Of a stretch of 64,000 bases of DNA, positions 1 to 9,787 are shown piece by piece. This DNA is from Thermoplasmata archaeon (GTDB lineage Archaea; Thermoplasmatota; Thermoplasmata; Lutacidiplasmatales; UBA184). Below the pieces are notes generated by a model. That model did no database searches and had not been told where the DNA came from. It was given only the letters and a program-made list of their open reading frames with translations. A program made the translations under genes and the position numbers. How positions within the stretch are numbered: position 1 is the first letter of the stretch; the number at the start of each line of letters is the position of its first letter. The stretch lies in assembly GCA_022749845.1 (NCBI GenBank), contig JAKIWX010000001.1, forward strand, positions 12,387 to 76,386, written 5' to 3'.

Positions 1-1
1 C

Positions 2-2884
2 CTCGCCCCGTTCAAGGCAGCCCAGACCCAGACCCCTGTTCCTTTTACAGCTCAAATCCCGAACGGTGAGGTAGCTACCTCCTACACCTTCTCCTTCGGA
101 GACGGCAGTACGGTCACGGGCTCCCAGCCCACGGTGAGCCACACCTACTCCACCGCGGGTACGTATCTCATCCTCCTCACGGCGTCCATCACGGGCCAGT
201 CCGCGCTGCACGACAACTATCTCTCGCTGGTCGCGCTCGGCGTGACCGCGGGCTACAGCGCCTCCTCGGCCGGGTCGAACCCGAACGTCGCAGGCAGCAT
301 CATCAGCAACTCCACCTCGACCTCGGCCCCCACGAGCGTCCTCGTCTCAGGCCAGCAGGTCACCCTCTCGGGCGCTTACACCGGCGCCCCAACCAACCCG
401 CTCTTCACCTTGGGGACCCCGAGCATCGGGCTTACGTCCGGGGCAAGCTCGGCCGTGACCACCTCGGGCCTGAACGTCAACGCCCAGGGCGCGACCGCGA
501 CCTTTGCGTTCTCGAGCGCCGGGATCTTCGTCGTCACCTTCGTGGGTGTGTCGAACGGCCTTGGCAGTTTCGCGGGCCAGAACGCGTACCAGAACTACAG
601 CTGGTCGGTCATCGTGACGCCGTCCGGTCTCAACGCGAAGATCGCGGGGACCGCCTCGGCCACGAGTCCGCACCCGGGGACCTTCATCAACTACTTCAGC
701 GCCCCCGGCGGTGCCTCGACGCTCGACCCCTCGATCGCTTACGACACGGTCTCGTACGAGCCCATCCTCAACACCTACGAGGGGCTCATCATGTACAACG
801 GCTCGACCACGGGCCCCGACGCCTCCTCGTACGTGCCGGTCTTGGCGACCTGCGTGCCGGGCAGCGCGAGTTGCCAGCAGTTGTACGGCAGCACCCTGAT
901 CAACTCGACGAACAGCGCCTACACCTTCGTCATCGACTCGAAGGCGCAGTTCTTCGACCCGTACAGCAGCAGCTCCGGTGCCCACTGGGGCGTCTATCCG
1001 ACCGACGTAGTGTTCAGCGTCCTCCGCACCGAGGGGTACTCCACCCAGCCGGGCGTCGGCGCTCACAACGGCTGGATCCTCGCGCAGGCCCTCCTGCCCA
1101 GCACGACGGCGGCGTCGATGGCCGCGAACTCGCAATGGGACGGCGGCATCCACAGCAGCCTGAACAACTCGCCGGCGGCCATGTTCAAGACCATGCTCGT
1201 CAACTCGAGCGCGTACTGCCCGAGCAAGGCGATGACGCAGGACCACGGGTGCGTGACCTTCCTCGCGAACGGGAACGACCTGAAGTGGCCATACTTCCTC
1301 GAGCTCATCGCCGACCAGCTCGGTGCCTCGATCCAGTCGTGCGGCTGGGCCTCCTCGAGCGCCGCCTCGGGCGGCGCGGACGGCATCCCGTACTGGACCG
1401 CCAACAACGTCACCGACTCGGGCGACCACCCCTGCCTGCTGCCGGGCGGCGCGACGAGCACCGACCAGCCGTCCTTCACGACGGCGATCGCGGGCATCCC
1501 AGCGAAGGGATTCGACGCGTGGGAGACGAACGGAGCCAGTCAGAGCCCGAGCGGCAACGTGGCCTCGAAGATCGTGGCGACGGGCCCGTACCAGCTCGCG
1601 AACTACCAGTTCGGCGCGTCGTACACCTTGACGGCGAGCCCCGCCTACGTGCCCAACGAGTTCTGCAACTACGCGGGCTGCATGCCCCCGGTGGGGCACC
1701 TGCCGCAGAAGATCGAGGTCACCTGGGAGTCGAACATCGCGGAGGGTGAGCAGGCGATCGCCGCCGGCATCGCCGACACCGCGACGATCCCCAGCACCGA
1801 CACCGCGCTCTTCCTGCAGCTCGTCCAGAAGGGGCAGGTCCAGGCGCTGAGCTTCCCCTCGCTCAGCATCTACTTCTTCCCCTACAACCTCGCCTTCAGC
1901 CTCTCGGGCGCGCAGAAGTACACGACCAACCCGATTACCGTCCCGAGCGACTGGTTCTCCTACGTGGGGATGCGCCAGTTCTTCTCGCTCGCCTACCCGT
2001 ACACGACGATCGAGAACACTATCCTGACGAAGGACGGAATCCAGGGCGGGTTCAACTACGGGGGCGCGATCCCGCAGTTCATGGCCAACTACTACCCGAC
2101 GAACGTGACGTTCCCCAACGTCGACCCGGCGATCGCCTGCGCGGGCGCGGGGGCGAACGCCCCTACCTGCGCGAGCTGGTGGTGGACCCAGATGACGACG
2201 GTGAGTAGTCCCTACTACGACCCCGAGGCGGCGGCGTGCTCGCCCAGCAACCCCTGCCAGCTGCCGCTCATCGGTGAGACGGGCGCCCCGACCCTCGACG
2301 AGCAGGAGAACCTGTGGGTCAGTTCGATCTCGCAGTTCTCGAACGGGGCCGTGAAGGCGGCGGCGACGGACATCAACTTCGCGAACCTCGTCGCGAACTC
2401 GCTGTTCCAGACGCCCTACACAGGCACGATGCCGGTGTACACGCTCGGCTGGTCCCCCGACTACCCGGACCCGACCGACTACGTGGCGCCGATGTACTAC
2501 CCCGACAGCACGTACACCTTCAGCGACACGGTGGCGGAGCAGTTCGCTCTCACGGCGTTCAACGCGCCCACCTGCTCGCACAGCGCGGGCTTCTGGGCAA
2601 GCGCTGCGACGGTGAACAACTCCTGCCAGGGAGCGGCGTACGCGGCGATGACGAAGCTCTTGTTCACCGCGGCGACGATGGCCGTAGGCCCCGCGCGTGT
2701 GCTCACCTACACCATGGCGGAGCACATCGCGAACCTGCTGTCGCTCTACACCTACCAGTACCAGCTGAACCAGGTGTACGGGATGTCCTCGTGGGTGAAC
2801 GTGGCCTCGATCGACTCGAACGTCACCACGGGCGGCGGGAACGACCTGAGCTACTTCCTGCTCAACGGGAACGGCGTCTGGTAG
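2..2884 (+). CDS. Family-5 ABC solute-binding protein (oligopeptide/dipeptide type), 5'-partial, with N-terminal PKD domain. The gene continues upstream of the window.
   Basis: The frame is open from nt 2. PKD motif 'SYTFSFGDGSTVTGSQPTVSHTYSTAGTY' at the window start. SBP_bac_5-like motifs 'IAYDTVSYEPILNTYEGLIMYNG' and 'LGWSPDYPDPTDY'. Paralogous to the 17541-20600 protein. The ORF-track 'M' at 134 is an internal GTG (Val). Confidence 0.75.
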   Translation, partial: LAPFKAAQTQTPVPFTAQIPNGEVATSYTFSFGDGSTVTGSQPTVSHTYSTAGTYLILLTASITGQSALHDNYLSLVALGVTAGYSASSAGSNPNVAGSIISNSTSTSAPTSVLVSGQQVTLSGAYTGAPTNPLFTLGTPSIGLTSGASSAVTTSGLNVNAQGATATFAFSSAGIFVVTFVGVSNGLGSFAGQNAYQNYSWSVIVTPSGLNAKIAGTASATSPHPGTFINYFSAPGGASTLDPSIAYDTVSYEPILNTYEGLIMYNGSTTGPDASSYVPVLATCVPGSASCQQLYGSTLINSTNSAYTFVIDSKAQFFDPYSSSSGAHWGVYPTDVVFSVLRTEGYSTQPGVGAHNGWILAQALLPSTTAASMAANSQWDGGIHSSLNNSPAAMFKTMLVNSSAYCPSKAMTQDHGCVTFLANGNDLKWPYFLELIADQLGASIQSCGWASSSAASGGADGIPYWTANNVTDSGDHPCLLPGGATSTDQPSFTTAIAGIPAKGFDAWETNGASQSPSGNVASKIVATGPYQLANYQFGASYTLTASPAYVPNEFCNYAGCMPPVGHLPQKIEVTWESNIAEGEQAIAAGIADTATIPSTDTALFLQLVQKGQVQALSFPSLSIYFFPYNLAFSLSGAQKYTTNPITVPSDWFSYVGMRQFFSLAYPYTTIENTILTKDGIQGGFNYGGAIPQFMANYYPTNVTFPNVDPAIACAGAGANAPTCASWWWTQMTTVSSPYYDPEAAACSPSNPCQLPLIGETGAPTLDEQENLWVSSISQFSNGAVKAAATDINFANLVANSLFQTPYTGTMPVYTLGWSPDYPDPTDYVAPMYYPDSTYTFSDTVAEQFALTAFNAPTCSHSAGFWASAATVNNSCQGAAYAAMTKLLFTAATMAVGPARVLTYTMAEHIANLLSLYTYQYQLNQVYGMSSWVNVASIDSNVTTGGGNDLSYFLLNGNGVW

Positions 2885-2949
2885 GAGCTACCCTTTCCAC
2901 GGGCCCGCCCCTTCCGCCGAAGCGGAGGGACGGGCTCCCCGCCGAACCC

Positions 2950-2969
2950 CTTCCCCTCCTTTCTTTTCC
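2950..2969 (+). terminator. Pyrimidine/T-rich stretch (CTTCCCCTCCTTTCTTTTCC) downstream of the SBP stop, preceded by an imperfect GC hairpin (2898-2935). Putative archaeal terminator.
   Basis: T-tract in a convergent intergenic region; seen directly in the sequence. Confidence 0.3.
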
Positions 2970-3099
2970 ACGAGACCAACCGAGCCGGAGGGCTTGGGCG
3001 CTGGCGAAGTAGGGCCGTCAGGTCCACCCAGGCTCCGGAAACGTGCCTGAGGAACCGGCGTGGTCGAGAGGGGAGCGGGCCGAATCCGAGAGATGCGAC

Positions 3100-3495
3100 C
3101 TAGAGGAACTCGCTCGGGTCGGGACCGATCCTCTGGCCCTCGGGGTACGGGGTGAGGCCCGCCTTCGCCCGCTCGGCTTCGGGGGTGAAGACGCCGAAGC
3201 GGCGGAGTCGGGTCCAGGTGCGTGCGAACACCGCGTGCCCGGACTCCGCGTCGGGGTCCGGGCGGTACCACAGGTAGCGGTAGCCGAGGAACTCGAGGTA
3301 GGTGGCGCCCACGAGCGAGGCGATCATCGCCGGGAGGTCGAGGGGCGCAAGGAAGGTCGCGATGATCCAGACGTCCACGATGATGATGAGGAGCGCCCAG
3401 CACCAGCGTAGGAACTCCCGCTCGAAGTACTCCCTCCAGGTGGGGCCCGGGTCGGAGAGCGCCTCCTCCCGCTCCGTGCCGCTCAGCCTCGGCAT
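3100..3495 (-). CDS. Small hypothetical membrane protein (2 predicted TM segments) distal to oppF.
   Basis: Internal Met 'MPRLSGTEREE...' followed by hydrophobic 'WCWALLIIIVDVWIIATFLAPLDLPAMIASLVGATYL'. The longer ORF (to 3654) overlaps oppF and is unlikely to be real. Confidence 0.35.
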   Translation of the reverse strand: MPRLSGTEREEALSDPGPTWREYFEREFLRWCWALLIIIVDVWIIATFLAPLDLPAMIASLVGATYLEFLGYRYLWYRPDPDAESGHAVFARTWTRLRRFGVFTPEAERAKAGLTPYPEGQRIGPDPSEFL

Positions 3496-3532
3496 GCCGA
3501 AGAGCGGCGAACGCTGCACGGGCGCCTCCAAC

Positions 3533-4750
3533 CTAAGGGACGCTAGCCGAGGCCAGCGCGGGGCTCGCGCTCGGCAGGCTCGCCACGCCGGCAGCGGGAG
3601 CCGGGCCCTCCGCCGCTGTGGGGTACAGATGGCAGGCGACCCAGTGGTCGCCACGGATCCGGAGGAGCGGCGGCTCCACCTTGGAGCAGACGGGCATGAC
3701 GGCCGGGCAACGGGTATGGAACCGGCAGCCGGGCGGTGGGGCCGCCGGGCTCGGCACGTCGCCGGAGAGGATGATCCGCTCGCGGTGCTGGTCCGGGTCG
3801 GGGATCGGGATGGCGGCGAGCAGCGCCTGGGTGTACGGATGGAGCGGTCGCGTGAACAGCTCCTCCGTGGGCGCGCGCTCGGCGACCTTGCCGAGGTACA
3901 TCACCACGACGCGGTGGGAGACCGCGCGGATCACCGAGAGGTGGTGGGAGATGAACAGGTAGGAGAGCTCCTGCTCGGTCTGCAGCCGTTTCAAGATGTT
4001 CAGGATCTGGGCCTGGACGGAGACGTCGAGCGCGCTCGTCGGCTCGTCGAGCACGATGAAGTCGGGGCGGAGCGCGAGCGCACGGGCGATGCCGATCCGC
4101 TGGCGCTGACCCCCCGAGAACTCGTGGGGGAACCGCCACAGATGCTCGGGGTTCAACCCGACGCTCTGCAGGAGCTCGGCGACCCGCTGCTGCCGCTCCC
4201 CCCGCGTGCCGAGCCGGTGGATCTCGAGCGGCTCGGCCACGATGTCCTTGACCAACATCCGTGGCGAGAGGGAGGAGAACGGGTCCTGGAAGACGATCTG
4301 GAGCTTGCCGCGCAAGCTCTGCAGCTTGCGGCCTCTCATCCGGTAGATGGAGTACTGGGCGGCGATCTCGTCGAGCTCGGTCAGGAGCGAGGAGGAGTCG
4401 GGCGGCAGCTCGGCGTGCCCGTTGTTCTCCTCCCCTTCGGGCTCGCCGTAGGCCTGTCCCAGGCGCTCGTAGATCTCGCTCATCCGGTCGTACTTCGCGG
4501 CCGGTGGGCGGTAGTAGGTGTGGCCCGAGGTGGGCTCGATGAGCCGAAGGATGAGCCGGCCGACGGTCGTCTTGCCGCAGCCGCTCTCGCCCACGAGCCC
4601 GACCGTCTCGCCGCGGTGGACGTCGAAGCTCACCCCGTCGACGGCGCGGACGTCGCCGATGTGGGAGGAGAAGATGCCGCCCCGGATCGGAAAGTACTTT
4701 CGGAGGTTGCGGACCGCAATCAGGATGTCGGAGTTGGGTTCGGATTGCAT
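3533..4750 (-). CDS. oppF: Oligopeptide/dipeptide ABC transporter ATP-binding protein (OppF/DppF-like).
   Basis: Walker A 'GESGCGKTT', signature '[15 protein letters not shown]', Walker B '[12 protein letters not shown]', and the C-terminal oligopeptide-ABC Cys-rich domain '[10 protein letters not shown]'. Confidence 0.85.
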   Translation of the reverse strand: MQSEPNSDILIAVRNLRKYFPIRGGIFSSHIGDVRAVDGVSFDVHRGETVGLVGESGCGKTTVGRLILRLIEPTSGHTYYRPPAAKYDRMSEIYERLGQAYGEPEGEENNGHAELPPDSSSLLTELDEIAAQYSIYRMRGRKLQSLRGKLQIVFQDPFSSLSPRMLVKDIVAEPLEIHRLGTRGERQQRVAELLQSVGLNPEHLWRFPHEFSGGQRQRIGIARALALRPDFIVLDEPTSALDVSVQAQILNILKRLQTEQELSYLFISHHLSVIRAVSHRVVVMYLGKVAERAPTEELFTRPLHPYTQALLAAIPIPDPDQHRERIILSGDVPSPAAPPPGCRFHTRCPAVMPVCSKVEPPLLRIRGDHWVACHLYPTAAEGPAPAAGVASLPSASPALASASVP

Positions 4751-4775
4751 TCCGCGAAACCTCGGGGCGGCGACC

Positions 4776-6407
4776 CTACCCTTGGGCCACCGGTCCGTGG
4801 TATAAGTGACATGCGACCACGTGCCCCGTCGCTTCGACGGTCATCGGGGGGCGCTGCTCCTTGCAGACGGGCATCGCCTGGGGGCAGCGGGGATGGAAAC
4901 GGCATCCGGAGGGGGGGTAGATGAGGTTCGGGACCGAGCCCGGGATCGCCTCGAGCTTCTTGCTCGGGTCGTCCATCCGGGGGATGGAAGCGAGGAGTCC
5001 CTGGGTGTACGGGTGGAGCGGCGTACGGTAGATGTCCCGGACGGGCCCGATCTCCACGATGTTCCCGGCGTACATCACGCAGACGCGGTCGGCGACCTCG
5101 GCGATCACCCCCAGGTCGTGCGTGATGAGCATGATGGCCGTGCCCACCCGCGTCTTCAGCTCGCGCATCAGCTCGAGGATCTGCGCCTGGATGGTGACAT
5201 CGAGGGCGGTCGTCGGTTCGTCCGCGATAAGGAGCTCGGGCTCGGCGGAGAGCGCCATCGCGATCATCACCCGCTGCAGCATCCCGCCCGAGAGCTCGTG
5301 GGGGTAGCCCCGCGCGACCTGTACGGGATTCGCGATAGTCACCCCTTCCAGCAGCCGGACGCTCTGCCAGAACGTCTCCGTATTGAGCGGGCGCCGGACC
5401 CTCGCGCGTAGCCCCCACAGGCCGAAGTAGAAGCCGCGCAGCCGCGTCGAGAGCCGTCGCACCGAGATCGCGCGCCGCTTGCCCTTCTCGAGCTTCGCGT
5501 TCCTCATCTCGGAGAGGAACGTCGCGCGAAGCTCCGACTGAAGGAGGTGAAGCTTCCGCTCCCGCTCCAGGTACCTTCGCTGCAAGGAGCTCAGGCGGAG
5601 GCGGGCGATCGCCTTGCGGAGCTCGGGCACCTTTGAGTCGACGTCGGGGTAGGCGTTGTGCAGGATGTGGTAAGCCTGTACGCCGATCGACTGCAGGCCT
5701 ACGGCCGTGCTGAGCTTCACGCACGCCTCCCTGAGCTGTCCGGGCCGGTTCTCCCGGGCGGCGTGGATGACCGCTTCGAGGGCGTCCTCGACGTCGGGTC
5801 CTTTGGGCGTCGCGTGCAGGAGCCCGTCGATCGTGGGGACGCCGCGGTGGAGGAGGAGCGCCTCGGAGATCTGGTTCGACACCGAGAAGATGGGGTTCAT
5901 GGCGGACATCGGCTCTTGGAAGATCATCGAGATCCCCCCGCCGCGGACCGCCATCATCCGGTCGAGGTCCGTCTTGATGCGCCGGAAGCGCCGCTTGACC
6001 TTCACCCGGTTCGAGCCTTTGACCGGCTTGTAGGAGGCCTCGCGGTCGACCCCCCAGAGGAGGTTCGCCCCCTTGAACAGGATCGTGCCGTCCATGATCC
6101 GGCCGGGAGGGTCCGGGATGAGCCGGGTCACCGAGAACGCCGTGACGCTCTTGCCGCAGCCGGTCTCGCCGACGAGCCCGACCGTCTCACCCCGGCGGAC
6201 GTTGAAGGTGACCCCGTCGAGCGCCTTCACCACCCCGTCGTAGGTGAAGAAGTAGGTGCGCAGATTCCTCACGTCGAGGACGACGTTGCCCACCGCCCCC
6301 GCGGCGGTGGTGGTCGCTAGCTTCGGCTTGGCCAACGGAGTCGGGGGGACGGCGCCCGGGAGCGGCGAAGGAAGCTCCGTGGGCAGGGGGAGGGAGTCGA
6401 CCGCCAC
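4776..6407 (-). CDS. oppD: Oligopeptide/dipeptide ABC transporter ATP-binding protein (OppD/DppD-like) with a large internal insertion.
   Basis: Walker A '[10 protein letters not shown]', signature '[15 protein letters not shown]', Walker B '[12 protein letters not shown]', C-terminal 'CRFHPRCP'. About 150 extra residues sit between the Q-loop region and the signature motif. The N-terminal 40 aa are possibly over-extended. Confidence 0.85.
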   Translation of the reverse strand: MAVDSLPLPTELPSPLPGAVPPTPLAKPKLATTTAAGAVGNVVLDVRNLRTYFFTYDGVVKALDGVTFNVRRGETVGLVGETGCGKSVTAFSVTRLIPDPPGRIMDGTILFKGANLLWGVDREASYKPVKGSNRVKVKRRFRRIKTDLDRMMAVRGGGISMIFQEPMSAMNPIFSVSNQISEALLLHRGVPTIDGLLHATPKGPDVEDALEAVIHAARENRPGQLREACVKLSTAVGLQSIGVQAYHILHNAYPDVDSKVPELRKAIARLRLSSLQRRYLERERKLHLLQSELRATFLSEMRNAKLEKGKRRAISVRRLSTRLRGFYFGLWGLRARVRRPLNTETFWQSVRLLEGVTIANPVQVARGYPHELSGGMLQRVMIAMALSAEPELLIADEPTTALDVTIQAQILELMRELKTRVGTAIMLITHDLGVIAEVADRVCVMYAGNIVEIGPVRDIYRTPLHPYTQGLLASIPRMDDPSKKLEAIPGSVPNLIYPPSGCRFHPRCPQAMPVCKEQRPPMTVEATGHVVACHLYHGPVAQG

Positions 6408-6413
6408 TGGGTC

Positions 6414-7568
6414 CTACCTCCGGAGCCTCGGGTCGAGCGCATCCCGCAGTCCGTCGGAGAAGAAGCTCACGGAAATGGCGAACAGGAAGAGCGCCGTGCC
6501 GGGGATGAAGAACTGCCACCAGGGGAAGAGGCAGGCGGAGTTCTCCTGGCAGTACTGGAGGGTCGAGGAAAGGATCGTGACGCTCTGCGCCGTGATCGAC
6601 CCCCACTCGGGGAAGTTCACGTGGGGGAAGATGCTGAACCCGAGGAAGACGAGGGTCGCAAGCCCGAGCGGGATCGTCCCGATGTCGAGGGACATCTGCA
6701 CGAACATCGGGTAGAGGCTGTTCGGGATGATGTGCCGCCGCAAGATGCGGAAGGTGCCGGCCCCGCTCGCGCGGGAGGCCTCCACGAACTTCTGTTCCCG
6801 GGTCACGAGCACCTGGGAGCGCACGATACGGGTGTAGATCGGCCAATCGGTGACGATGAAGGCGATGAGCAGGATCTCGAGATGGCCGTAGAAGCCCGGG
6901 AACAGCGATCCCGCTGTGGATAAGATGACGATGAGGAGCAGGAGCCCAGGTATCGCGAGGAAGACGTCGGTGAGACGCATGATCGATTCGTCGGCGTAGC
7001 CGCCGAGGTAGCCTGCGGTCGCTCCAAGGAACAGTCCGATCATCGACCCGCTAAGGACGACGATCGCGGAGATGCCGAGCGACCAGGGTGCGCCCTTCAC
7101 CATCGCCGCGAACAGGTTGAAGAACTCGTTCGTGTCCGCGGTGGTCGTAAGCGACCCGAACGGGAACGGCCCTAGCCCGTGCGCGAGCGAGGCGGTGGGC
7201 GGCAGGACCGACACCTGGTTCGGGTCGACGGGGAAGCAGTTGGGCTGCGGTGCCGGCTGGTCGTACGGGTAGGTGCAGACCACGGCGTTGCATCCCGCCG
7301 CATTGGTGCCGTTCACGAGCCCGACACCGTTGCCCGTGTCCGTTCCACAGTAGGTGGCGAGCTGGTCGGAGGGGGCGTTGTAGAAGAAGGAACCCACCGC
7401 GATCCCGACAAGGAAGAGGAGGATCGCAAGGCCGACGATCGCGAGGGTGTTCCGGCGAAGGAAGTAGAACGTCCGTTTCATTTGGGCGATGCGGGGGCTC
7501 GGGCGACGGCCCGAGCTCAGGGCGCTCGCCGTGGGAGGAGCCGTGGCCAGTGGAGGAGCTGTCGCCAC
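6414..7568 (-). CDS. oppC: Oligopeptide ABC transporter permease (OppC/DppC-like).
   Basis: Multi-TM protein. The conserved BPD_transp_1 region 'SRASGAGTFRILRRHIIPNSLYPMFVQMSLDIG' is located C-terminally. The start may instead be the internal Met 'MKRTFYF' (about nt 7481). Confidence 0.8.
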   Translation of the reverse strand: MATAPPLATAPPTASALSSGRRPSPRIAQMKRTFYFLRRNTLAIVGLAILLFLVGIAVGSFFYNAPSDQLATYCGTDTGNGVGLVNGTNAAGCNAVVCTYPYDQPAPQPNCFPVDPNQVSVLPPTASLAHGLGPFPFGSLTTTADTNEFFNLFAAMVKGAPWSLGISAIVVLSGSMIGLFLGATAGYLGGYADESIMRLTDVFLAIPGLLLLIVILSTAGSLFPGFYGHLEILLIAFIVTDWPIYTRIVRSQVLVTREQKFVEASRASGAGTFRILRRHIIPNSLYPMFVQMSLDIGTIPLGLATLVFLGFSIFPHVNFPEWGSITAQSVTILSSTLQYCQENSACLFPWWQFFIPGTALFLFAISVSFFSDGLRDALDPRLRR

Positions 7569-7571
7569 ACC

Positions 7572-8768
7572 CTACCCCAGCCGAACGCGGGGGTCGAGGT
7601 ACGCGTAGAGCACATCGACGATGATGTTCGCCACCACGACGATGATGGTGAAGAGCAGCGTCGTCCCGAACACGAGGCCATAGTCGAGGGGCTGCTTCAC
7701 CGACTGGACGAGGAGGTTGCCCACTCCGGTGAGCCCGAAGACGTCCTCGATGATCGGGAAGCCGCCAATGAAGCTCGCGAAAGTGAGCCCGAGCACCGTC
7801 ACGGTGACGTTGAGCGAATTGCGGCCCGCGTGACGCCGGACGACGACCTTCTCCGGTACGCCCTTGCTCCGCGCCGTTCGGATGAAGTCGAGGTTCATCA
7901 CCTCGAGCATGCTGTTCCGGACGAACCGAAGGATCCCGGCGATCGCGCTGAAGGCGATCACGAGCGCGGGGAGGATCATCCGCTTGAACGACTCCCAGGC
8001 GAGGTAGCTGTTGCCGTTCAACATGGCGTCGACGGTAGGGAACCCTGTGGGGGTCGTATGGAAGTGGTTCTGCGAGCCCATCCAGCCCGGGTACGACCCG
8101 CTCGGAAGGCAGTTGTAGCTCGGCCAGGAGCCGAACCAACTGTTGAATGCGTCCGAGCCGCCGTTGCAGGTCGCCACGAACCCGCCCGAGGCCTGCGTTG
8201 CCGCGAGCAGGATGAGGAGAGCCAGGAGGAACGTCGGGAACGCGTAGCCGCTGAAGGAGATCACGCGCGCCGCTTGGTCGAACGGGCGGTTGCGGTAGAC
8301 GGCCGAGTAGTTGCCGATCGGGATGGCTAGCGCGAGGATGATGAGCAGCGAGATGGCCGCAAGCTCGAGCGTGTAGGGAAGGTACCAGCTGAGGACGGTG
8401 ATCACCGAGGTGCTCGTCGTGATTCCGTACAGCTGACTAGCGTCGCTCGATTTGCTGGTATTGCCCCAGTTCAACGTGAGAGAATTGTAGATGTAGACAC
8501 CCCACTGGTAGGGTGCCGGTTTATCGAGCCCCAGCGCCTTGATCGCTCGGGTGTAGGCAGGGTTGGTGCATTGCGCAGGGTGCGGGGAATTGTCCGCCGG
8601 GTCGCACTTGATCGTGGGGGCGTAGCCCTGCCGTGAAGGGCCGATGAAGGTCTCGATCCGTTGGGTCTCCCCGAGGGCGTTCGTCAGCACGAACGTGATG
8701 GTCATCACGCCGACGACCACCGGAATCATCAGGAGAGCTCGGCGGACGATGTAGACCCACATCCGCAT
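7572..8768 (-). CDS. oppB: Oligopeptide ABC transporter permease (OppB/DppB-like).
   Basis: 'MRMWVYIVRRALLMIPVVVGVMTITFVL' typical OppB N-terminus; 'IRTARSKGVPEKVVVRRHAGRNSL' EAA-loop region. Confidence 0.8.
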   Translation of the reverse strand: MRMWVYIVRRALLMIPVVVGVMTITFVLTNALGETQRIETFIGPSRQGYAPTIKCDPADNSPHPAQCTNPAYTRAIKALGLDKPAPYQWGVYIYNSLTLNWGNTSKSSDASQLYGITTSTSVITVLSWYLPYTLELAAISLLIILALAIPIGNYSAVYRNRPFDQAARVISFSGYAFPTFLLALLILLAATQASGGFVATCNGGSDAFNSWFGSWPSYNCLPSGSYPGWMGSQNHFHTTPTGFPTVDAMLNGNSYLAWESFKRMILPALVIAFSAIAGILRFVRNSMLEVMNLDFIRTARSKGVPEKVVVRRHAGRNSLNVTVTVLGLTFASFIGGFPIIEDVFGLTGVGNLLVQSVKQPLDYGLVFGTTLLFTIIVVVANIIVDVLYAYLDPRVRLG

Positions 8769-8823
8769 AGGAGGTATCCTCTGCTCAGGTCGCCCGGCGC
8801 CGGTCGACTGAGTCGGACCCCAG

Positions 8824-8830
8824 TATATAT
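8824..8830 (-). promoter_or_regulatory. AT-rich TATA-like element (TATATAT) in the GC-rich intergenic region upstream of oppB. Candidate promoter of the minus-strand opp operon.
   Basis: The only AT-rich island between the pth2 3' end and the oppB start. Confidence 0.35.
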
Positions 8831-8873
8831 CGATTTAACGAATTCGCGACCGCGCTACCGACGCAAACGGACC

Positions 8874-9215
8874 TTACAGCAAGTCCAGATCGCCGGTGAT
8901 GGCGTCGAGCTCGGCGCCCGGTGCCGGGCCCAGACCGAGGCAGGTTCTCGTGCCCGCCGGGACCTCGGTGAGCCCCGCGTCCTCGACAATCACGAACGGG
9001 ATCCCGCGGGCGACAGCCTTCCTGCGGAGCTGCTCGAGCTCCTCGAGGCTCGGGACGACGAGCGCGATCTTTTTCGCGCCCCCTGCCCTCCAAGGCTCGA
9101 GCCACGGGAGCTTCCGCCGCTCGGCCTCCTCGGCGAGCAGGACCGCGGCGTGCGCCGCCTGGACCGCGGCCTTCCCAGGTGTCAAGCGGAGTTCGCCACG
9201 AAGAACGAGCACCAT
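8874..9215 (-). CDS. pth2: Peptidyl-tRNA hydrolase, archaeal type (Pth2).
   Basis: 'KMVLVLRGELRLTPGKAAVQAAHAAV...IALVVPSLEELEQL...IPFVIVEDAGLTEVPAGTRTCLGLGP' matches the PTH2 family. Start taken at the internal Met (nt 9215). Confidence 0.8.
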   Translation of the reverse strand: MVLVLRGELRLTPGKAAVQAAHAAVLLAEEAERRKLPWLEPWRAGGAKKIALVVPSLEELEQLRRKAVARGIPFVIVEDAGLTEVPAGTRTCLGLGPAPGAELDAITGDLDLL

Positions 9216-9240
9216 TTTCACGTCCGAGCCGGGACGCCGC

Positions 9241-9777
9241 TTATCGCGCATACTCGTCCTCCCGACGCCGGCGCAGGGTGCGGCTTTCGGCCTTGAGCCG
9301 GTCGAGCTCGGTCGTCAGGAGCCTCGCTCCCTCGGAATCGGGGGCGCTCCGGGCGAGCGCTCTGCGAAGACGCCGTTCCTCCCGTTCGAGCCGGTCGAAC
9401 TCGCGAAGCCAAGGAAGGGGACTATCCTCACCGGGGAGCGCGGCGAAGGGAGCTTCGTCGCCGACGCGCCGGAACGCGCCACGGACGAACGCGACGACGA
9501 ATCCGATGGCGCTCAGCCCAGCGAGGATGAGTTCCAGCCGAGGGTTCGACCACGCCGCGGAGAAGCCTAGCGAAGGGATCTCGGAAAGGATCGATCCGAC
9601 GACGACGACGAACGAGAGGCTCCAGACGAACGCGAGGGTCCCTGTCCTGACCGCCCGGTCCAGGGCGTGCGGCCCCCGGATCTTCCATTCGGGGAACAGC
9701 GCCCGGGTCCAGGCATACCCTGGCAACGCGAACAGCAGGAGCCCGCCCGTCCAAAACTCGACCGTATCCAGGACCAA
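9241..9777 (-). CDS. Hypothetical membrane protein (3 TM) with a charged, coiled-coil-like C-terminus.
   Basis: Hydrophobic segments followed by 'REFDRLEREERRLRRALARS...LDRLKAESRTLRRRRED'. No family recognised. Confidence 0.4.
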   Translation of the reverse strand: MVLDTVEFWTGGLLLFALPGYAWTRALFPEWKIRGPHALDRAVRTGTLAFVWSLSFVVVVGSILSEIPSLGFSAAWSNPRLELILAGLSAIGFVVAFVRGAFRRVGDEAPFAALPGEDSPLPWLREFDRLEREERRLRRALARSAPDSEGARLLTTELDRLKAESRTLRRRREDEYAR

Positions 9778-9787
9778 GGGTCACTCC

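Noticed and set aside
347-2725. 792-aa antisense ORF inside SBP1.
   Set aside because: Arg/Gly-rich low-complexity translation. The sense strand encodes a clear PKD+SBP_bac_5 protein.
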